From sequence record NZ_CP145916.1: DNA of 64,000 nt, one strand, 5' to 3'. The stretch comes from a plasmid. The notes under the pieces were generated by a model. The model was not told where the DNA came from. It did not search any database and saw nothing but the letters and a program-made list of their open reading frames with translations. Shown here one piece after another: positions 27,786-39,789 of this stretch; within the stretch, counting starts at the first letter, position 1; the number at the start of each line of letters is the position of its first letter. The translations under genes and the position numbers were made by a program.

Positions 27786-28373
27786 ATGGCTTCTCGTGGT
27801 GTCAATAAAGTTATTTTAGTGGGTAATGTTGGGCAAGACCCAGAGGTTCGTTACATGCCGAATGGCGGGGCCGTTGCTAACCTGACGCTGGCTACATCAG
27901 AGACATGGCGCGACAAGCAGACTGGCGAGTCTAAAGAGAAAACTGAATGGCACCGTGTAGTTCTCTTTGGAAAACTTGCTGAAATCACGGGTGAGTTCGT
28001 GAAAAAAGGTTCACAAATTTATATTGAAGGTGCTTTGCAAACCCGTAAATGGACAGACCAGGCCGGGGTGGAAAAGTACACCACAGAGGTAGTGGTCAAT
28101 GTGGGTGGCACCATGCAAATGCTGGGTGGCCGTCAAGGCGGAAATGACAATCAGAACAATAATGCCGGTTCTAATCAGGGCTGGGGTCAGCCGCAACAAC
28201 CGCAGCCGAATAATAACCAAACGCCAGCCCAGCAACTGAATCAACGGTCACAGGGTCAGAATCAACCTCAAGGGCACGGCAATTCATCGCAACCTATTGA
28301 TTTTAATGATGATATTCCTTTTGCTGGTTTGGGTGCGTCATTTGGGAAGCATACTATTCACGCCATTTGTTAA
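27786..28373 (+). CDS. ssb: Single-stranded DNA-binding protein with an atypical C-terminal extension
   Basis: OB-fold N-terminus ([28 protein letters not shown]…), a Gly/Gln-rich linker, and …FNDDIPF followed by 16 extra residues ([16 protein letters not shown]) before the stop. Confidence 0.85.
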   Translation: MASRGVNKVILVGNVGQDPEVRYMPNGGAVANLTLATSETWRDKQTGESKEKTEWHRVVLFGKLAEITGEFVKKGSQIYIEGALQTRKWTDQAGVEKYTTEVVVNVGGTMQMLGGRQGGNDNQNNNAGSNQGWGQPQQPQPNNNQTPAQQLNQRSQGQNQPQGHGNSSQPIDFNDDIPFAGLGASFGKHTIHAIC

Positions 28374-28441
28374 CGTTTTTAACGCCCCGGTTTTAACCGG
28401 GGATCACACAGCATCTTGTCAGTTAAAATGATTTTAATGTT

Positions 28442-28804
28442 ATGCCGGGGGGCAAAATGAATGAGCTTCAAACTGCATTGGAGACAATGGCAAATAACGG
28501 GAGCTGGAAGACCGCTCTGATGTATGGCGGAATGGCTCTGGTCGGTTTCATGGTGGTATCGGCTCTGTTGCGAAGTGGGTTCATGCTTCTTATCGGAGCG
28601 ATCGCTGTCTTCTACATCGTTTCTATCCAAAGCCCCGATTCTAAACCTGACCTCAGTGCTGCCGCAGCGGAAAACGTCATCAATATGATGGTAGAGAAAA
28701 GTACCTGTGCGGCTGATAGTGTCGGTGAGATAAAAAATATTGGCAAAGTCATCAGAAACGGCGATGTGCTTAATATTGCAAAGAAATGTGGGTTAATGCC
28801 CTGA
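28442..28804 (+). CDS. Small membrane protein
   Basis: Two TM helices. The start could be 28442 or 28457. Confidence 0.35.
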   Translation: MPGGKMNELQTALETMANNGSWKTALMYGGMALVGFMVVSALLRSGFMLLIGAIAVFYIVSIQSPDSKPDLSAAAAENVINMMVEKSTCAADSVGEIKNIGKVIRNGDVLNIAKKCGLMP

Positions 28805-29075
28805 TTTTGGCACGAAGGGTTAGAGTGTTATTCTATTCTCAGAACACTACAGGGGTGCGATAACGCATCTCTGAATAACAAATTGATGGGGTAAAGATGT
28901 TTTCTAGTAAGTCTGGTGTGAAAAATAAAGTAATGGGTTTTTTACGTGCAATGAACCGTTGTAAAGAAGAAAAAAAGACAGTCTCACGTCGAGAGCATAA
29001 CGATACGCTCTACTTCCTTCGACACGGAAAAGCACCTGTTTATACCCATCCAGATGACATGGTGGGGTAAGCAAC

Positions 29076-29714
29076 GTGGAATTAACAGAACTGGATTTAC
29101 TGATTGAAGCAGAGCAAATGCGGGTGATCCTGTCATCCGTGAAACAGCTAAGTGCGCAATCAGACGGCGTGATGATAGATGGTAAAGTGGTGCCTTGGGA
29201 TGAGGCTCTTCCGCTTATGAGTGCCTACCCGGACTTTAACGCAACTGAGCAGAAAAAGGCTGAGTGGATGGGGCTCGCTGCCGTCGCGTGGCAGGAGGAC
29301 TATCATGCGAAGGTTACAGAGATCACTTCTCGGGCTATCTCTGAAAACAGCACCCTTGAAAATGACAATCTCTACTTCTGGAGCCTTCTAAACGTCACGA
29401 CTCACACCTTGAGTAAACTGCTTCGTTTTGTGAACAGGAAGGCAATCGAAGAAAAAGCACCTAACATCCTGAGCGTGTCAAATGATTTACTGGTTGCATT
29501 GAACAGTGTCACCAAAGGGACACAATCCACCAGCCGGATCCGCGATGAAATATTCTTGTCCGGGATGGAAAATGTCTGGATGGAATTTCATATGCTCTAT
29601 TTGAAAGCTAAAGAGGAAGGGCGTGAGGAAGATTCCGCCATATACGTCGATACGCTATCAATTATCAAACAGGTAAAATCTGACTTCATTAATCAACCGA
29701 AGAGTCATAGCTAA
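29076..29714 (+). CDS. hypothetical protein
   Basis: 212-aa ORF. Confidence 0.4.
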   Translation: MELTELDLLIEAEQMRVILSSVKQLSAQSDGVMIDGKVVPWDEALPLMSAYPDFNATEQKKAEWMGLAAVAWQEDYHAKVTEITSRAISENSTLENDNLYFWSLLNVTTHTLSKLLRFVNRKAIEEKAPNILSVSNDLLVALNSVTKGTQSTSRIRDEIFLSGMENVWMEFHMLYLKAKEEGREEDSAIYVDTLSIIKQVKSDFINQPKSHS

Positions 29715-29817
29715 TATACGACAGCTGGTGCGCGCGAAAAAATAAACAAATCTCGGTGGCGGTGATGGAAAAAATATTGTTGAAAGGGGTGAAATTGCCG
29801 GTGAATACCGGCTTTTT

Positions 29818-30084
29818 TTATTCTTCTTCAAGGGACTTGAGATATATATCAGATAGCACTTTTCCATCAACTTTTCCCGCTTCGGTTAAGCGATATGCTA
29901 CCTTCAACGTCCTCTTATCCCGGTACTTCGTCAGATAGCCCCGCTCGTTGAGTGTTTTGCAGGACACAGCGAAGTTTCCGCGCTCCAGCAATGGCTCTTC
30001 AAGTGAGGCTCTGTTTGTGTTGATGATCCGCCTCAAATCGCTTATGGCTATGGGCTCTTTAAGTTTTTTTTCCAGAAGATACAT
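29818..30084 (-). CDS. Small putative DNA-binding protein; ATG abuts transposon IRtnp
   Basis: 88-aa ORF whose start codon lies 3 bp outside the 38-bp Tn21-family IR. Confidence 0.35.
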   Translation of the reverse strand: MYLLEKKLKEPIAISDLRRIINTNRASLEEPLLERGNFAVSCKTLNERGYLTKYRDKRTLKVAYRLTEAGKVDGKVLSDIYLKSLEEE

Positions 30085-30120
30085 AGAGGGGTCGTCTCAG
30101 AAAACGGAAAATAAAGCACG

Positions 30121-33093
30121 CTAAGCCGGTGGCAGCGGTCGCAATGGCCTAAACTTCCCCGCACCGACCTTGGCGCTGCTGCGCCATAGGTAATCGCCGG
30201 TCAGGTTGATGTGCTCCCACCCCAGCGGCGACAGATATTGCAACAATGTGTCGTCCAGCGCCGTGCCGTTGCCACGCAAAGCACTGGTGGCACGCTCCAG
30301 ATATACCGTGTTCCACAACACGATGGCCGCCGTCACCAGATTGAGGCCGCTGGCCCGGTAGCGCTGCTGCTCAAAACTGCGGTCGCGGATTTCACCCAAT
30401 CGGTAGAAGAAGACCGCCCTGGCCAGCGCGTTGCGCGCCTCGCCCTTATTCAGCCCCGCATGGACGCGGCGGCGCAGCTCCACGCTTTGCAGCCAATCCA
30501 AAATGAACAGCGTGCGCTCGATGCGCCCCAGCTCGCGCAACGCCACGGCCAAGCCGTTCTGGCGCGGGTAGCTGCCGAGTTTGCGCAGCATCAGCGAAGC
30601 CGTTACCGTGCCTTGCTTGATGGAGGTGGCCAGCCGCAGAATTTCATCCCAATGGGCGCGTATTTGCTTGATGTTCAGCCTGTCGCTGCTAATCATCGGC
30701 TTGAGCGCGTCATAGGCGGCATCGCCCTTGGGGATGAATAGCTTGGTTTCGCCCAAGTCACGGATACGCGGCGCGAAGCGAAATCCCAGCAAATGCATCA
30801 AGCCAAACACGTGATCGGTGAAGCCTGCCGTGTCGGTGTAGTGTTCCTCGATGCGCAAGTCCGACTCGTGGTACAGCAGGCCATCAAGCACGTAAGTTGA
30901 ATCACGAATGCCCACGTTGACCACCTTGGCACTGAAGGGCGCGTACTGGTCGGAGATATGGGTGTAGAAAGTCCGTCCTGGACTGCTTCCATACTTCGGG
31001 TTGATATGACCAGTGCTTTCTGCTTTGCTGCCGGTTCTGAAGTTCTGGCCGTCCGACGATGACGTGGTGCCGTCACCCCAGTTGCCGGCGAAGGGTTGCC
31101 GAAACTGCGCATTCACCAGCTCGGCCAGCGCCGTCGAATAGGTTTCATCGCGGATGTGCCAGGCTTGCAGCCAAGACAGCTTGGCGTAGGTGGTGCCAGG
31201 GCAGGACTCGGCCATTTTGGTCAGACCCAGGTTGATCGCGTCGGCCAGGATCGTCGTCAACAGCAAGGTTTTGTCCTTGGCCGTGTCGCTGGTCTTCAGG
31301 TGTGTGAAGTGGCGGGTGAAGCCCGTCCATTCATCGACCTCCATCAGCAACTCGGTGATTTTGAGGTGCGGCAGCAGCATAGCTGTCTGGTCGATCATGG
31401 CTTGCGCGGCGTCTGGTACTGCCGCGTCCAGCGGCGTGATCTTCAGGCCTGACGCGGTGGTGATGATGGCATCCGGTAAGTCGTTGGCCGCAGCCATGCG
31501 GTTGACTGTGGCGAGTTGCGCCTCCAACAATTCCAACCGGTCATGCAGGTATTGGTCGCAGTCGGTGGCCACTGCCAGCGGCAATTCGCTGGCCAGCTTC
31601 AAAGTGGCGAACTTCTCGACCGGCACCAGGTATTCGTCGAAGTCCTTGAACTGGCGAGAACCCTGCACCCAGACATCACCGGAGCGCAGCGCGTTCTTCA
31701 GCTCCGACAGGGCGCATAACTCGTAGTAACGCCGGTCGATGCCGTCGTCGGTCAGAACCAGCTTTGCCCAGCGCGGCTTGATGAATGCGGTTGGCGCATC
31801 GGCGGGCACCTTGCGCGCGCTGTCGCTGTTCATGCCGCGCAGCATGTCGATGGCATCGAGCACACCCTTGGCGGCGGGCGCAGCCCGCAATTTGAGCACG
31901 CCCAGGAACTGCGGCGCGTAGCGGCGTAGCGTGGCATAGCTTTCACCGATGTGGTGCAGGAAATCAAAGTCGGCAGGCCGCGCCAATGTTTGCGCTTCGG
32001 TGACGCTGGCGGCGAAGGTGTCCCAGGGCATAACGGCCTCGATGGCGGCGAACGGATCGCTGCCGCTTTGCTTGGCCTCAATCAACGCTTGACCGATGCG
32101 CCCATACATCCGCACCTTGTCGTTGATCGCCTTGCCGGAAGCCTGGAACTGCTGCTGATGCTTGTTCTTGGCCGCGTTGAACAGCTTGCCGATGATGCGA
32201 TCGTGAAGGTCGATGATTTCATCGGTGACGGTGGCCATGCCTTCGATGGCCAGCGCTACCAGCGTGGCATAGCGTCGTTGCACCTCGAACTTTGCCAGAT
32301 CAGCAGGCGTCATCTGGCCACCTTCACGAGCGATTTTGAGCAGGCGGTTCTGGTGAACCTGCCGCTCGATGCCTGCGGGCAGATCAAGTGCTTGCCAGGA
32401 TTTCAGGCGCTCAATATGTTCGAGCATGTGGCGAGAGTTCGGTTTGGCAGGCGACTGGCGCAGCCATGCCAGCCACGTCACTTTACTGCCGTCCTTGCGC
32501 TTGAGAAGTTCGTCCAGGCGCTGACGGTGGGGTGATAACAAAGAATCGGTCAGCGCCGCGTAAATGCGTCGGTTGGCACGGGTGATGGCCTCGGCGCTTG
32601 CGCGCTCGATGGCATTCATGGCGGGCAGGATAATGCTCTGCCGCCGCAGATTCTCGACAAGTGCGCTCGCCAGCACGATGCCTTTGTCGGTCTGCAAGGC
32701 CAGCTCGGTCAATGTATGCACGGCTTGCCGATAGTGGCTCATGGTGAAGGGCTTGAACCCAAAAACCGTTTGCAGCTCGACCAAGTGCTCCCGCCGTGTC
32801 TGTTCGCGCTGGCCGTACTCGCTCCAACTTTCCACTGGCATCTTGAGTTGCGCGGCCACCATGCGCAACAGGGGCGGAAACGGAGGCTCATCGACGCCCA
32901 AAAAGGTGCCAGGGAATCGCAAGTAGCAAAGCTGCACAGCGAAGCCCAATCGATTCGCGGCGCCGCGACGCTGACGGATCACCGATAGGTCGGTTTCGTT
33001 GAACGTGTAGTGCCGTATCAGTTCGTCTTTGGCATCTGGCAGTGCCAGCAGGCTTTCGCGCTCGGTGGCGGACAGGATTGAGCGGCGTGGCAT
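30121..33093 (-). CDS. tnpA: Tn21-subfamily transposase TnpA
   Basis: 990 aa. N-terminus [37 protein letters not shown]… matches Tn21/Tn1696 TnpA. The stop lies inside the IR. Confidence 0.95.
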   Translation of the reverse strand: MPRRSILSATERESLLALPDAKDELIRHYTFNETDLSVIRQRRGAANRLGFAVQLCYLRFPGTFLGVDEPPFPPLLRMVAAQLKMPVESWSEYGQREQTRREHLVELQTVFGFKPFTMSHYRQAVHTLTELALQTDKGIVLASALVENLRRQSIILPAMNAIERASAEAITRANRRIYAALTDSLLSPHRQRLDELLKRKDGSKVTWLAWLRQSPAKPNSRHMLEHIERLKSWQALDLPAGIERQVHQNRLLKIAREGGQMTPADLAKFEVQRRYATLVALAIEGMATVTDEIIDLHDRIIGKLFNAAKNKHQQQFQASGKAINDKVRMYGRIGQALIEAKQSGSDPFAAIEAVMPWDTFAASVTEAQTLARPADFDFLHHIGESYATLRRYAPQFLGVLKLRAAPAAKGVLDAIDMLRGMNSDSARKVPADAPTAFIKPRWAKLVLTDDGIDRRYYELCALSELKNALRSGDVWVQGSRQFKDFDEYLVPVEKFATLKLASELPLAVATDCDQYLHDRLELLEAQLATVNRMAAANDLPDAIITTASGLKITPLDAAVPDAAQAMIDQTAMLLPHLKITELLMEVDEWTGFTRHFTHLKTSDTAKDKTLLLTTILADAINLGLTKMAESCPGTTYAKLSWLQAWHIRDETYSTALAELVNAQFRQPFAGNWGDGTTSSSDGQNFRTGSKAESTGHINPKYGSSPGRTFYTHISDQYAPFSAKVVNVGIRDSTYVLDGLLYHESDLRIEEHYTDTAGFTDHVFGLMHLLGFRFAPRIRDLGETKLFIPKGDAAYDALKPMISSDRLNIKQIRAHWDEILRLATSIKQGTVTASLMLRKLGSYPRQNGLAVALRELGRIERTLFILDWLQSVELRRRVHAGLNKGEARNALARAVFFYRLGEIRDRSFEQQRYRASGLNLVTAAIVLWNTVYLERATSALRGNGTALDDTLLQYLSPLGWEHINLTGDYLWRSSAKVGAGKFRPLRPLPPA

Positions 33094-33095
33094 GG

Positions 33096-33656
33096 TCAGT
33101 CTTCCCGCAGGTACTGGTACAAGGTTTCGCGGCTGATGCCGAAGTCACGGGCCACCAAGGTTTTTTGGTCGCCTGCCGCAACTCGCCGTTTCAACTCGGC
33201 AATTTGTTCGCTGTTCAGCGATTTCTTTCGTCCCCGGTAGGCACCGCGCTGCTTGGCCAGCACGATTCCCTCGCGCTGACGTTCGCGGATCAGGGCGCGC
33301 TCGAACTCAGCGAAGGCTCCCATGACCGACAGCATCAGATTGGCCATCGGTGAGTCCTCGCCGGTGAACTTCAGCCCTTCTTTGACGAACTCCATGCGCA
33401 CGCCCCGTTGTGTCAGCCCTTGGACGATGCGGCGCAGGTCATCAAGGTTGCGTGCCAGCCTGTCCATGCTATGCACCACCACGGTGTCGCCCTCGCGGAC
33501 GAAGGCCAGCAGCCTTTCCAGCTCGGGACGCTGGGTGTCCTTGCCAGAAGCCTTGTCGGTGAACACCCGCGCCACCTGAACACCCTCCAATTGCCGTTCC
33601 GGGTTCTGGTCGAAGCTGCTGACGCGGACATAGCCGATGCGTTGACCTTGCAAGAT
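33096..33656 (-). CDS. tnpR: Tn21-subfamily resolvase TnpR (probable TTG start)
   Basis: …[23 protein letters not shown]… is near-identical to Tn21 TnpR. The ORF track's extended start at 33713 is unlikely. Confidence 0.9.
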   Translation of the reverse strand: MLQGQRIGYVRVSSFDQNPERQLEGVQVARVFTDKASGKDTQRPELERLLAFVREGDTVVVHSMDRLARNLDDLRRIVQGLTQRGVRMEFVKEGLKFTGEDSPMANLMLSVMGAFAEFERALIRERQREGIVLAKQRGAYRGRKKSLNSEQIAELKRRVAAGDQKTLVARDFGISRETLYQYLRED

Positions 33657-33713
33657 GCCTCCAAAGGCAAAAGTGTCAGGATGAAATCTATTACCTTTGA
33701 CGGAATATGTCAA

Positions 33714-33756
33714 TCAATAGGAAATTTAACTCTATTCTGACATCGTTTGCACATGG
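33714..33756. promoter_or_regulatory. Residual res-site segment between tnpR and integron IRi
   Basis: ~100 bp between the tnpR start and IRi. The integron interrupts res, as in Tn1696. Confidence 0.5.
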
Positions 33757-33781
33757 TGTCGTTTTCAGAAGACGGCTGCAC
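33757..33781 (+). repeat. Class 1 integron 25-bp IRi (TGTCGTTTTCAGAAGACGGCTGCAC)
   Basis: Exact IRi sequence. Confidence 0.9.
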
Positions 33782-33958
33782 TGAACGTCAGAAGCCGACT
33801 GCACTATAGCAGCGGAGGGGTTGGATCCATCAGGCAACGACGGGCTGCTGCCGGCCATCAGCGGACGCAGGGAGGACTTTCCGCAACCGGCCGTTCGATG
33901 CGGCACCGATGGCCTTCGCGCAGGGGTAGTGAATCCGCCAGGATTGACTTGCGCTGCC

Positions 33959-34972
33959 CTACCTCTCACTAGTGAGGGGCGGCAGCGCATCAAGCGGTGA
34001 GCGCACTCCGGCACCGCCAACTTTCAGCACATGCGTGTAAATCATCGTCGTAGAGACGTCGGAATGGCCGAGCAGATCCTGCACGGTTCGAATGTCGTAA
34101 CCGCTGCGGAGCAAGGCCGTCGCGAACGAGTGGCGGAGGGTGTGCGGTGTGGCGGGCTTCGTGATGCCTGCTTGTTCTACGGCACGTTTGAAGGCGCGCT
34201 GAAAGGTCTGGTCATACATGTGATGGCGACGCACGACACCGCTCCGTGGATCGGTCGAATGCGTGTGCTGCGCAAAAACCCAGAACCACGGCCAGGAATG
34301 CCCGGCGCGCGGATACTTCCGCTCAAGGGCGTCGGGAAGCGCAACGCCGCTGCGGCCCTCGGCCTGGTCCTTCAGCCACCATGCCCGTGCACGCGACAGC
34401 TGCTCGCGCAGGCTGGGTGCCAAGCTCTCGGGTAACATCAAGGCCCGATCCTTGGAGCCCTTGCCCTCCCGCACGATGATCGTGCCGTGATCGAAATCCA
34501 GATCCTTGACCCGCAGTTGCAAACCCTCACTGATCCGCATGCCCGTTCCATACAGAAGCTGGGCGAACAAACGATGCTCGCCTTCCAGAAAACCGAGGAT
34601 GCGAACCACTTCATCCGGGGTCAGCACCACCGGCAAGCGCCGCGACGGCCGAGGTCTTCCGATCTCCTGAAGCCAGGGCAGATCCGTGCACAGCACCTTG
34701 CCGTAGAAGAACAGCAAGGCCGCCAATGCCTGACGATGCGTGGAGACCGAAACCTTGCGCTCGTTCGCCAGCCAGGACAGAAATGCCTCGACTTCGCTGC
34801 TGCCCAAGGTTGCCGGGTGACGCACACCGTGGAAACGGATGAAGGCACGAACCCAGTTGACATAAGCCTGTTCGGTTCGTAAACTGTAATGCAAGTAGCG
34901 TATGCGCTCACGCAACTGGTCCAGAACCTTGACCGAACGCAGCGGTGGTAACGGCGCAGTGGCGGTTTTCAT
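33959..34972 (-). CDS. intI1: Class 1 integron integrase
   Basis: 337-aa IntI1 sequence ([44 protein letters not shown]…). Confidence 0.97.
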   Translation of the reverse strand: MKTATAPLPPLRSVKVLDQLRERIRYLHYSLRTEQAYVNWVRAFIRFHGVRHPATLGSSEVEAFLSWLANERKVSVSTHRQALAALLFFYGKVLCTDLPWLQEIGRPRPSRRLPVVLTPDEVVRILGFLEGEHRLFAQLLYGTGMRISEGLQLRVKDLDFDHGTIIVREGKGSKDRALMLPESLAPSLREQLSRARAWWLKDQAEGRSGVALPDALERKYPRAGHSWPWFWVFAQHTHSTDPRSGVVRRHHMYDQTFQRAFKRAVEQAGITKPATPHTLRHSFATALLRSGYDIRTVQDLLGHSDVSTTMIYTHVLKVGGAGVRSPLDALPPLTSER

Positions 34973-35117
34973 GGCTTGTTATGACTGTTTTTTTGTACAG
35001 TCTATGCCTCGGGCATCCAAGCAGCAAGCGCGTTACGCCGTGGGTCGATGTTTGATGTTATGGAGCAGCAACGATGTTACGCAGCAGGGCAGTCGCCCTA
35101 AAACAAAGTTAGGCCGC

Positions 35118-35651
35118 ATGGACACAACGCAGGTCACATTGATACACAAAATTCTAGCTGCGGCAGATGAGCGAAATCTGCCGCTCTGGATCGGTGGGGG
35201 CTGGGCGATCGATGCACGGCTAGGGCGTGTAACACGCAAGCACGATGATATTGATCTGACGTTTCCCGGCGAGAGGCGCGGCGAGCTCGAGGCAATAGTT
35301 GAAATGCTCGGCGGGCGCGTCATGGAGGAGTTGGACTATGGATTCTTAGCGGAGATCGGGGATGAGTTACTTGACTGCGAACCTGCTTGGTGGGCAGACG
35401 AAGCGTATGAAATCGCGGAGGCTCCGCAGGGCTCGTGCCCAGAGGCGGCTGAGGGCGTCATCGCCGGGCGGCCAGTCCGTTGTAACAGCTGGGAGGCGAT
35501 CATCTGGGATTACTTTTACTATGCCGATGAAGTACCACCAGTGGACTGGCCTACAAAGCACATAGAGTCCTACAGGCTCGCATGCACCTCACTCGGGGCG
35601 GAAAAGGTTGAGGTCTTGCGTGCCGCTTTCAGGTCGCGATATGCGGCCTAA
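35118..35651 (+). CDS. aadB: Aminoglycoside 2''-O-nucleotidyltransferase ANT(2'')-Ia
   Basis: [36 protein letters not shown]… The first cassette after attI1. A ~60-bp attC follows (35652-35711). Confidence 0.95.
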   Translation: MDTTQVTLIHKILAAADERNLPLWIGGGWAIDARLGRVTRKHDDIDLTFPGERRGELEAIVEMLGGRVMEELDYGFLAEIGDELLDCEPAWWADEAYEIAEAPQGSCPEAAEGVIAGRPVRCNSWEAIIWDYFYYADEVPPVDWPTKHIESYRLACTSLGAEKVEVLRAAFRSRYAA

Positions 35652-35731
35652 CAATTCGTCCAAGCCGACGCCGCTTCGCGGCGCGGCTTAACTCAGGTGT
35701 TAGACGGCAAGAAAAGGTTCCACGAACTCTG

Positions 35732-36364
35732 ATGAAAAACTACTTTGACAGCCCTTTCAAAGGGGAGCTTCTTTCTGAGCAAGTGAAAAATCCAAACATC
35801 AAAGTAGGCCGTTATAGCTATTACTCTGGCTACTATCACGGCCACTCATTTGATGAATGCGCGCGATACTTGCATCCAGATCGTGATGACGTTGATAAAT
35901 TGATCATTGGCAGCTTTTGTTCTATAGGAAGCGGGGCTTCCTTCATCATGGCTGGCAATCAGGGGCATCGGCATGACTGGGCATCATCCTTCCCCTTCTT
36001 CTATATGCAAGAGGAACCTGCTTTCTCAAGCGCACTCGATGCCTTCCAAAGAGCAGGTGATACCGCCATTGGCAATGATGTCTGGATAGGCTCGGAGGCA
36101 ATGATTATGCCCGGAATCAAAATTGGAGACGGTGCCGTGATAGGTAGTCGCTCGTTGGTGACAAAAGATGTAGTGCCTTATGCCATCATCGGAGGAAGTC
36201 CCGCAAAGCAAATTAAGAAGCGCTTCTCCGATGAGGAAATCTCATTGCTCATGGAGATGGAGTGGTGGAACTGGCCACTGGATAAAATTAAGACAGCAAT
36301 GCCTCTGCTGTGCTCGTCAAATATTTTTGGTCTGCATAAGTATTGGCGCGAGTTTGTCGTCTAA
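35732..36364 (+). CDS. catB: Xenobiotic-type chloramphenicol acetyltransferase CatB (catB3/catB8 group)
   Basis: [47 protein letters not shown]… hexapeptide-repeat CAT. An attC lies at 36365-36424. Confidence 0.92.
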   Translation: MKNYFDSPFKGELLSEQVKNPNIKVGRYSYYSGYYHGHSFDECARYLHPDRDDVDKLIIGSFCSIGSGASFIMAGNQGHRHDWASSFPFFYMQEEPAFSSALDAFQRAGDTAIGNDVWIGSEAMIMPGIKIGDGAVIGSRSLVTKDVVPYAIIGGSPAKQIKKRFSDEEISLLMEMEWWNWPLDKIKTAMPLLCSSNIFGLHKYWREFVV

Positions 36365-36432
36365 CAATTCATTCAAGCCGACGCCGCTTCGCGGCACGGC
36401 TTAATTCTGGCGTTAGCCACCAAGAAGGTGCC

Positions 36433-37233
36433 ATGAAAACATTTGCCGCATATGTAATTATCGCGTGTCTTTCGAGTACGGCATTAGCTGGTTCAATTAC
36501 AGAAAATACGTCTTGGAACAAAGAGTTCTCTGCCGAAGCCGTCAATGGTGTCTTCGTGCTTTGTAAAAGTAGCAGTAAATCCTGCGCTACCAATGACTTA
36601 GCTCGTGCATCAAAGGAATATCTTCCAGCATCAACATTTAAGATCCCCAACGCAATTATCGGCCTAGAAACTGGTGTCATAAAGAATGAGCATCAGGTTT
36701 TCAAATGGGACGGAAAGCCAAGAGCCATGAAGCAATGGGAAAGAGACTTGACCTTAAGAGGGGCAATACAAGTTTCAGCTGTTCCCGTATTTCAACAAAT
36801 CGCCAGAGAAGTTGGCGAAGTAAGAATGCAGAAATACCTTAAAAAATTTTCCTATGGCAACCAGAATATCAGTGGTGGCATTGACAAATTCTGGTTGGAA
36901 GGCCAGCTTAGAATTTCCGCAGTTAATCAAGTGGAGTTTCTAGAGTCTCTATATTTAAATAAATTGTCAGCATCTAAAGAAAACCAGCTAATAGTAAAAG
37001 AGGCTTTGGTAACGGAGGCGGCACCTGAATATCTAGTGCATTCAAAAACTGGTTTTTCTGGTGTGGGAACTGAGTCAAATCCTGGTGTCGCATGGTGGGT
37101 TGGGTGGGTTGAGAAGGAGACAGAGGTTTACTTTTTCGCCTTTAACATGGATATAGACAACGAAAGTAAGTTGCCGCTAAGAAAATCCATTCCCACCAAA
37201 ATCATGGAAAGTGAGGGCATCATTGGTGGCTAA
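36433..37233 (+). CDS. blaOXA-10: Class D beta-lactamase OXA-10 family
   Basis: [76 protein letters not shown]… matches OXA-10. Confidence 0.95.
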   Translation: MKTFAAYVIIACLSSTALAGSITENTSWNKEFSAEAVNGVFVLCKSSSKSCATNDLARASKEYLPASTFKIPNAIIGLETGVIKNEHQVFKWDGKPRAMKQWERDLTLRGAIQVSAVPVFQQIAREVGEVRMQKYLKKFSYGNQNISGGIDKFWLEGQLRISAVNQVEFLESLYLNKLSASKENQLIVKEALVTEAAPEYLVHSKTGFSGVGTESNPGVAWWVGWVEKETEVYFFAFNMDIDNESKLPLRKSIPTKIMESEGIIGG

Positions 37234-37249
37234 AACAAAGTTAAACATC

Positions 37250-38041
37250 ATGAGGGAAGCGGTGATCGCCGAAGTATCGACTCAACTATCAGAGGTAGTT
37301 GGCGTCATCGAGCGCCATCTCGAACCGACGTTGCTGGCCGTACATTTGTACGGCTCCGCAGTGGATGGCGGCCTGAAGCCACACAGTGATATTGATTTGC
37401 TGGTTACGGTGACCGTAAGGCTTGATGAAACAACGCGGCGAGCTTTGATCAACGACCTTTTGGAAACTTCGGCTTCCCCTGGAGAGAGCGAGATTCTCCG
37501 CGCTGTAGAAGTCACCATTGTTGTGCACGACGACATCATTCCGTGGCGTTATCCAGCTAAGCGCGAACTGCAATTTGGAGAATGGCAGCGCAATGACATT
37601 CTTGCAGGTATCTTCGAGCCAGCCACGATCGACATTGATCTGGCTATCTTGCTGACAAAAGCAAGAGAACATAGCGTTGCCTTGGTAGGTCCAGCGGCGG
37701 AGGAACTCTTTGATCCGGTTCCTGAACAGGATCTATTTGAGGCGCTAAATGAAACCTTAACGCTATGGAACTCGCCGCCCGACTGGGCTGGCGATGAGCG
37801 AAATGTAGTGCTTACGTTGTCCCGCATTTGGTACAGCGCAGTAACCGGCAAAATCGCGCCGAAGGATGTCGCTGCCGACTGGGCAATGGAGCGCCTGCCG
37901 GCCCAGTATCAGCCCGTCATACTTGAAGCTAGACAGGCTTATCTTGGACAAGAAGAAGATCGCTTGGCCTCCCGCGCAGATCAGTTGGAAGAATTTGTTC
38001 ACTACGTGAAAGGCGAGATCACCAAGGTAGTCGGCAAATAA
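37250..38041 (+). CDS. aadA1: Aminoglycoside 3''-adenylyltransferase AadA1
   Basis: MREAVIAEVSTQLSEVVGVIERHLEPTLLAVHLYGSAVDGGLKPHSDIDLLVTV… There is only a 16-bp gap after blaOXA-10, making this a fused cassette. An attC lies at 38044-38103. Confidence 0.95.
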   Translation: MREAVIAEVSTQLSEVVGVIERHLEPTLLAVHLYGSAVDGGLKPHSDIDLLVTVTVRLDETTRRALINDLLETSASPGESEILRAVEVTIVVHDDIIPWRYPAKRELQFGEWQRNDILAGIFEPATIDIDLAILLTKAREHSVALVGPAAEELFDPVPEQDLFEALNETLTLWNSPPDWAGDERNVVLTLSRIWYSAVTGKIAPKDVAADWAMERLPAQYQPVILEARQAYLGQEEDRLASRADQLEEFVHYVKGEITKVVGK

Positions 38042-38204
38042 TGTCTAACAATTCGTTCAAGCCGACGCCGCTTCGCGGCGCGGCTTAACTCAAGCGTTAG
38101 ATGCACTAAGCACATAATTGCTCACAGCCAAACTATCAGGTCAAGTCTGCTTTTATTATTTTTAAGCGTGCATAATAAGCCCTACACAAATTGGGAGATA
38201 TATC

Positions 38205-38552
38205 ATGAAAGGCTGGCTTTTTCTTGTTATCGCAATAGTTGGCGAAGTAATCGCAACATCCGCATTAAAATCTAGCGAGGGCTTTACTAAGCTTGCCCCT
38301 TCCGCCGTTGTCATAATCGGTTATGGCATCGCATTTTATTTTCTTTCTCTGGTTCTGAAATCCATCCCTGTCGGTGTTGCTTATGCAGTCTGGTCGGGAC
38401 TCGGCGTCGTCATAATTACAGCCATTGCCTGGTTGCTTCATGGGCAAAAGCTTGATGCGTGGGGCTTTGTAGGTATGGGGCTCATAATTGCTGCCTTTTT
38501 GCTCGCCCGATCCCCATCGTGGAAGTCGCTGCGGAGGCCGACGCCATGGTGA
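38205..38552 (+). CDS. qacEdelta1: Truncated quaternary-ammonium efflux protein QacEdelta1 (3'-CS)
   Basis: [115 protein letters not shown]. Confidence 0.95.
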   Translation: MKGWLFLVIAIVGEVIATSALKSSEGFTKLAPSAVVIIGYGIAFYFLSLVLKSIPVGVAYAVWSGLGVVIITAIAWLLHGQKLDAWGFVGMGLIIAAFLLARSPSWKSLRRPTPW

Positions 38553-39385
38553 CGGTGTTCGGCATTCTGAATCTCACCGAGGACTCCTTCTTCGATGAGA
38601 GCCGGCGGCTAGACCCCGCCGGCGCTGTCACCGCGGCGATCGAAATGCTGCGAGTCGGATCAGACGTCGTGGATGTCGGACCGGCCGCCAGCCATCCGGA
38701 CGCGAGGCCTGTATCGCCGGCCGATGAGATCAGACGTATTGCGCCGCTCTTAGACGCCCTGTCCGATCAGATGCACCGTGTTTCAATCGACAGCTTCCAA
38801 CCGGAAACCCAGCGCTATGCGCTCAAGCGCGGCGTGGGCTACCTGAACGATATCCAAGGATTTCCTGACCCTGCGCTCTATCCCGATATTGCTGAGGCGG
38901 ACTGCAGGCTGGTGGTTATGCACTCAGCGCAGCGGGATGGCATCGCCACCCGCACCGGTCACCTTCGACCCGAAGACGCGCTCGACGAGATTGTGCGGTT
39001 CTTCGAGGCGCGGGTTTCCGCCTTGCGACGGAGCGGGGTCGCTGCCGACCGGCTCATCCTCGATCCGGGGATGGGATTTTTCTTGAGCCCCGCACCGGAA
39101 ACATCGCTGCACGTGCTGTCGAACCTTCAAAAGCTGAAGTCGGCGTTGGGGCTTCCGCTATTGGTCTCGGTGTCGCGGAAATCCTTCTTGGGCGCCACCG
39201 TTGGCCTTCCTGTAAAGGATCTGGGTCCAGCGAGCCTTGCGGCGGAACTTCACGCGATCGGCAATGGCGCTGACTACGTCCGCACCCACGCGCCTGGAGA
39301 TCTGCGAAGCGCAATCACCTTCTCGGAAACCCTCGCGAAATTTCGCAGTCGCGACGCCAGAGACCGAGGGTTAGATCATGCCTAG
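38546..39385 (+). CDS. sul1: Sulfonamide-resistant dihydropteroate synthase Sul1
   Basis: [35 protein letters not shown]… 279 aa. Confidence 0.95.
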   Translation: MVTVFGILNLTEDSFFDESRRLDPAGAVTAAIEMLRVGSDVVDVGPAASHPDARPVSPADEIRRIAPLLDALSDQMHRVSIDSFQPETQRYALKRGVGYLNDIQGFPDPALYPDIAEADCRLVVMHSAQRDGIATRTGHLRPEDALDEIVRFFEARVSALRRSGVAADRLILDPGMGFFLSPAPETSLHVLSNLQKLKSALGLPLLVSVSRKSFLGATVGLPVKDLGPASLAAELHAIGNGADYVRTHAPGDLRSAITFSETLAKFRSRDARDRGLDHA

Positions 39386-39789
39386 CATTCACCTTCCGGC
39401 CGCCCGCTAAATATCTCCTTTTGGGTTGTTAATAAAACATCCAATAAGTTGACTGTGCGTGAAAAAGAAAGTTTTGTGTGATGGCGTTGAAGATCGCACC
39501 GTTAAGCTCTTATGTGGGATGGTGCAGAGCTCGACGACTACCGATAAAACGCAACCGCCGCAAACAGACAAGAAAAAGCCCCAACTGATAACAGTTGGGG
39601 CTTCAGTATTGTGATTGGTGGAGCAATAGCACCCTGAACCCAAAACCTTCTCGCTCAACCGGTAGTGGCTGATAACAACTCGTGAGGGCTATTGCGGGTT
39701 AAGCATTTAGCGATGTCTAGGGCCAGACTGGACGTCTGAACGCAAGCCGCTGATACTGTACATAACCACAGTATCAGCGGAGGATACCC

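Noticed and set aside
33096-33713. 205-aa extended TnpR
   Set aside because: Homology to Tn21 TnpR begins at …[11 protein letters not shown]…. The upstream 19 codons overlap res. A TTG start near 33656 is more plausible.
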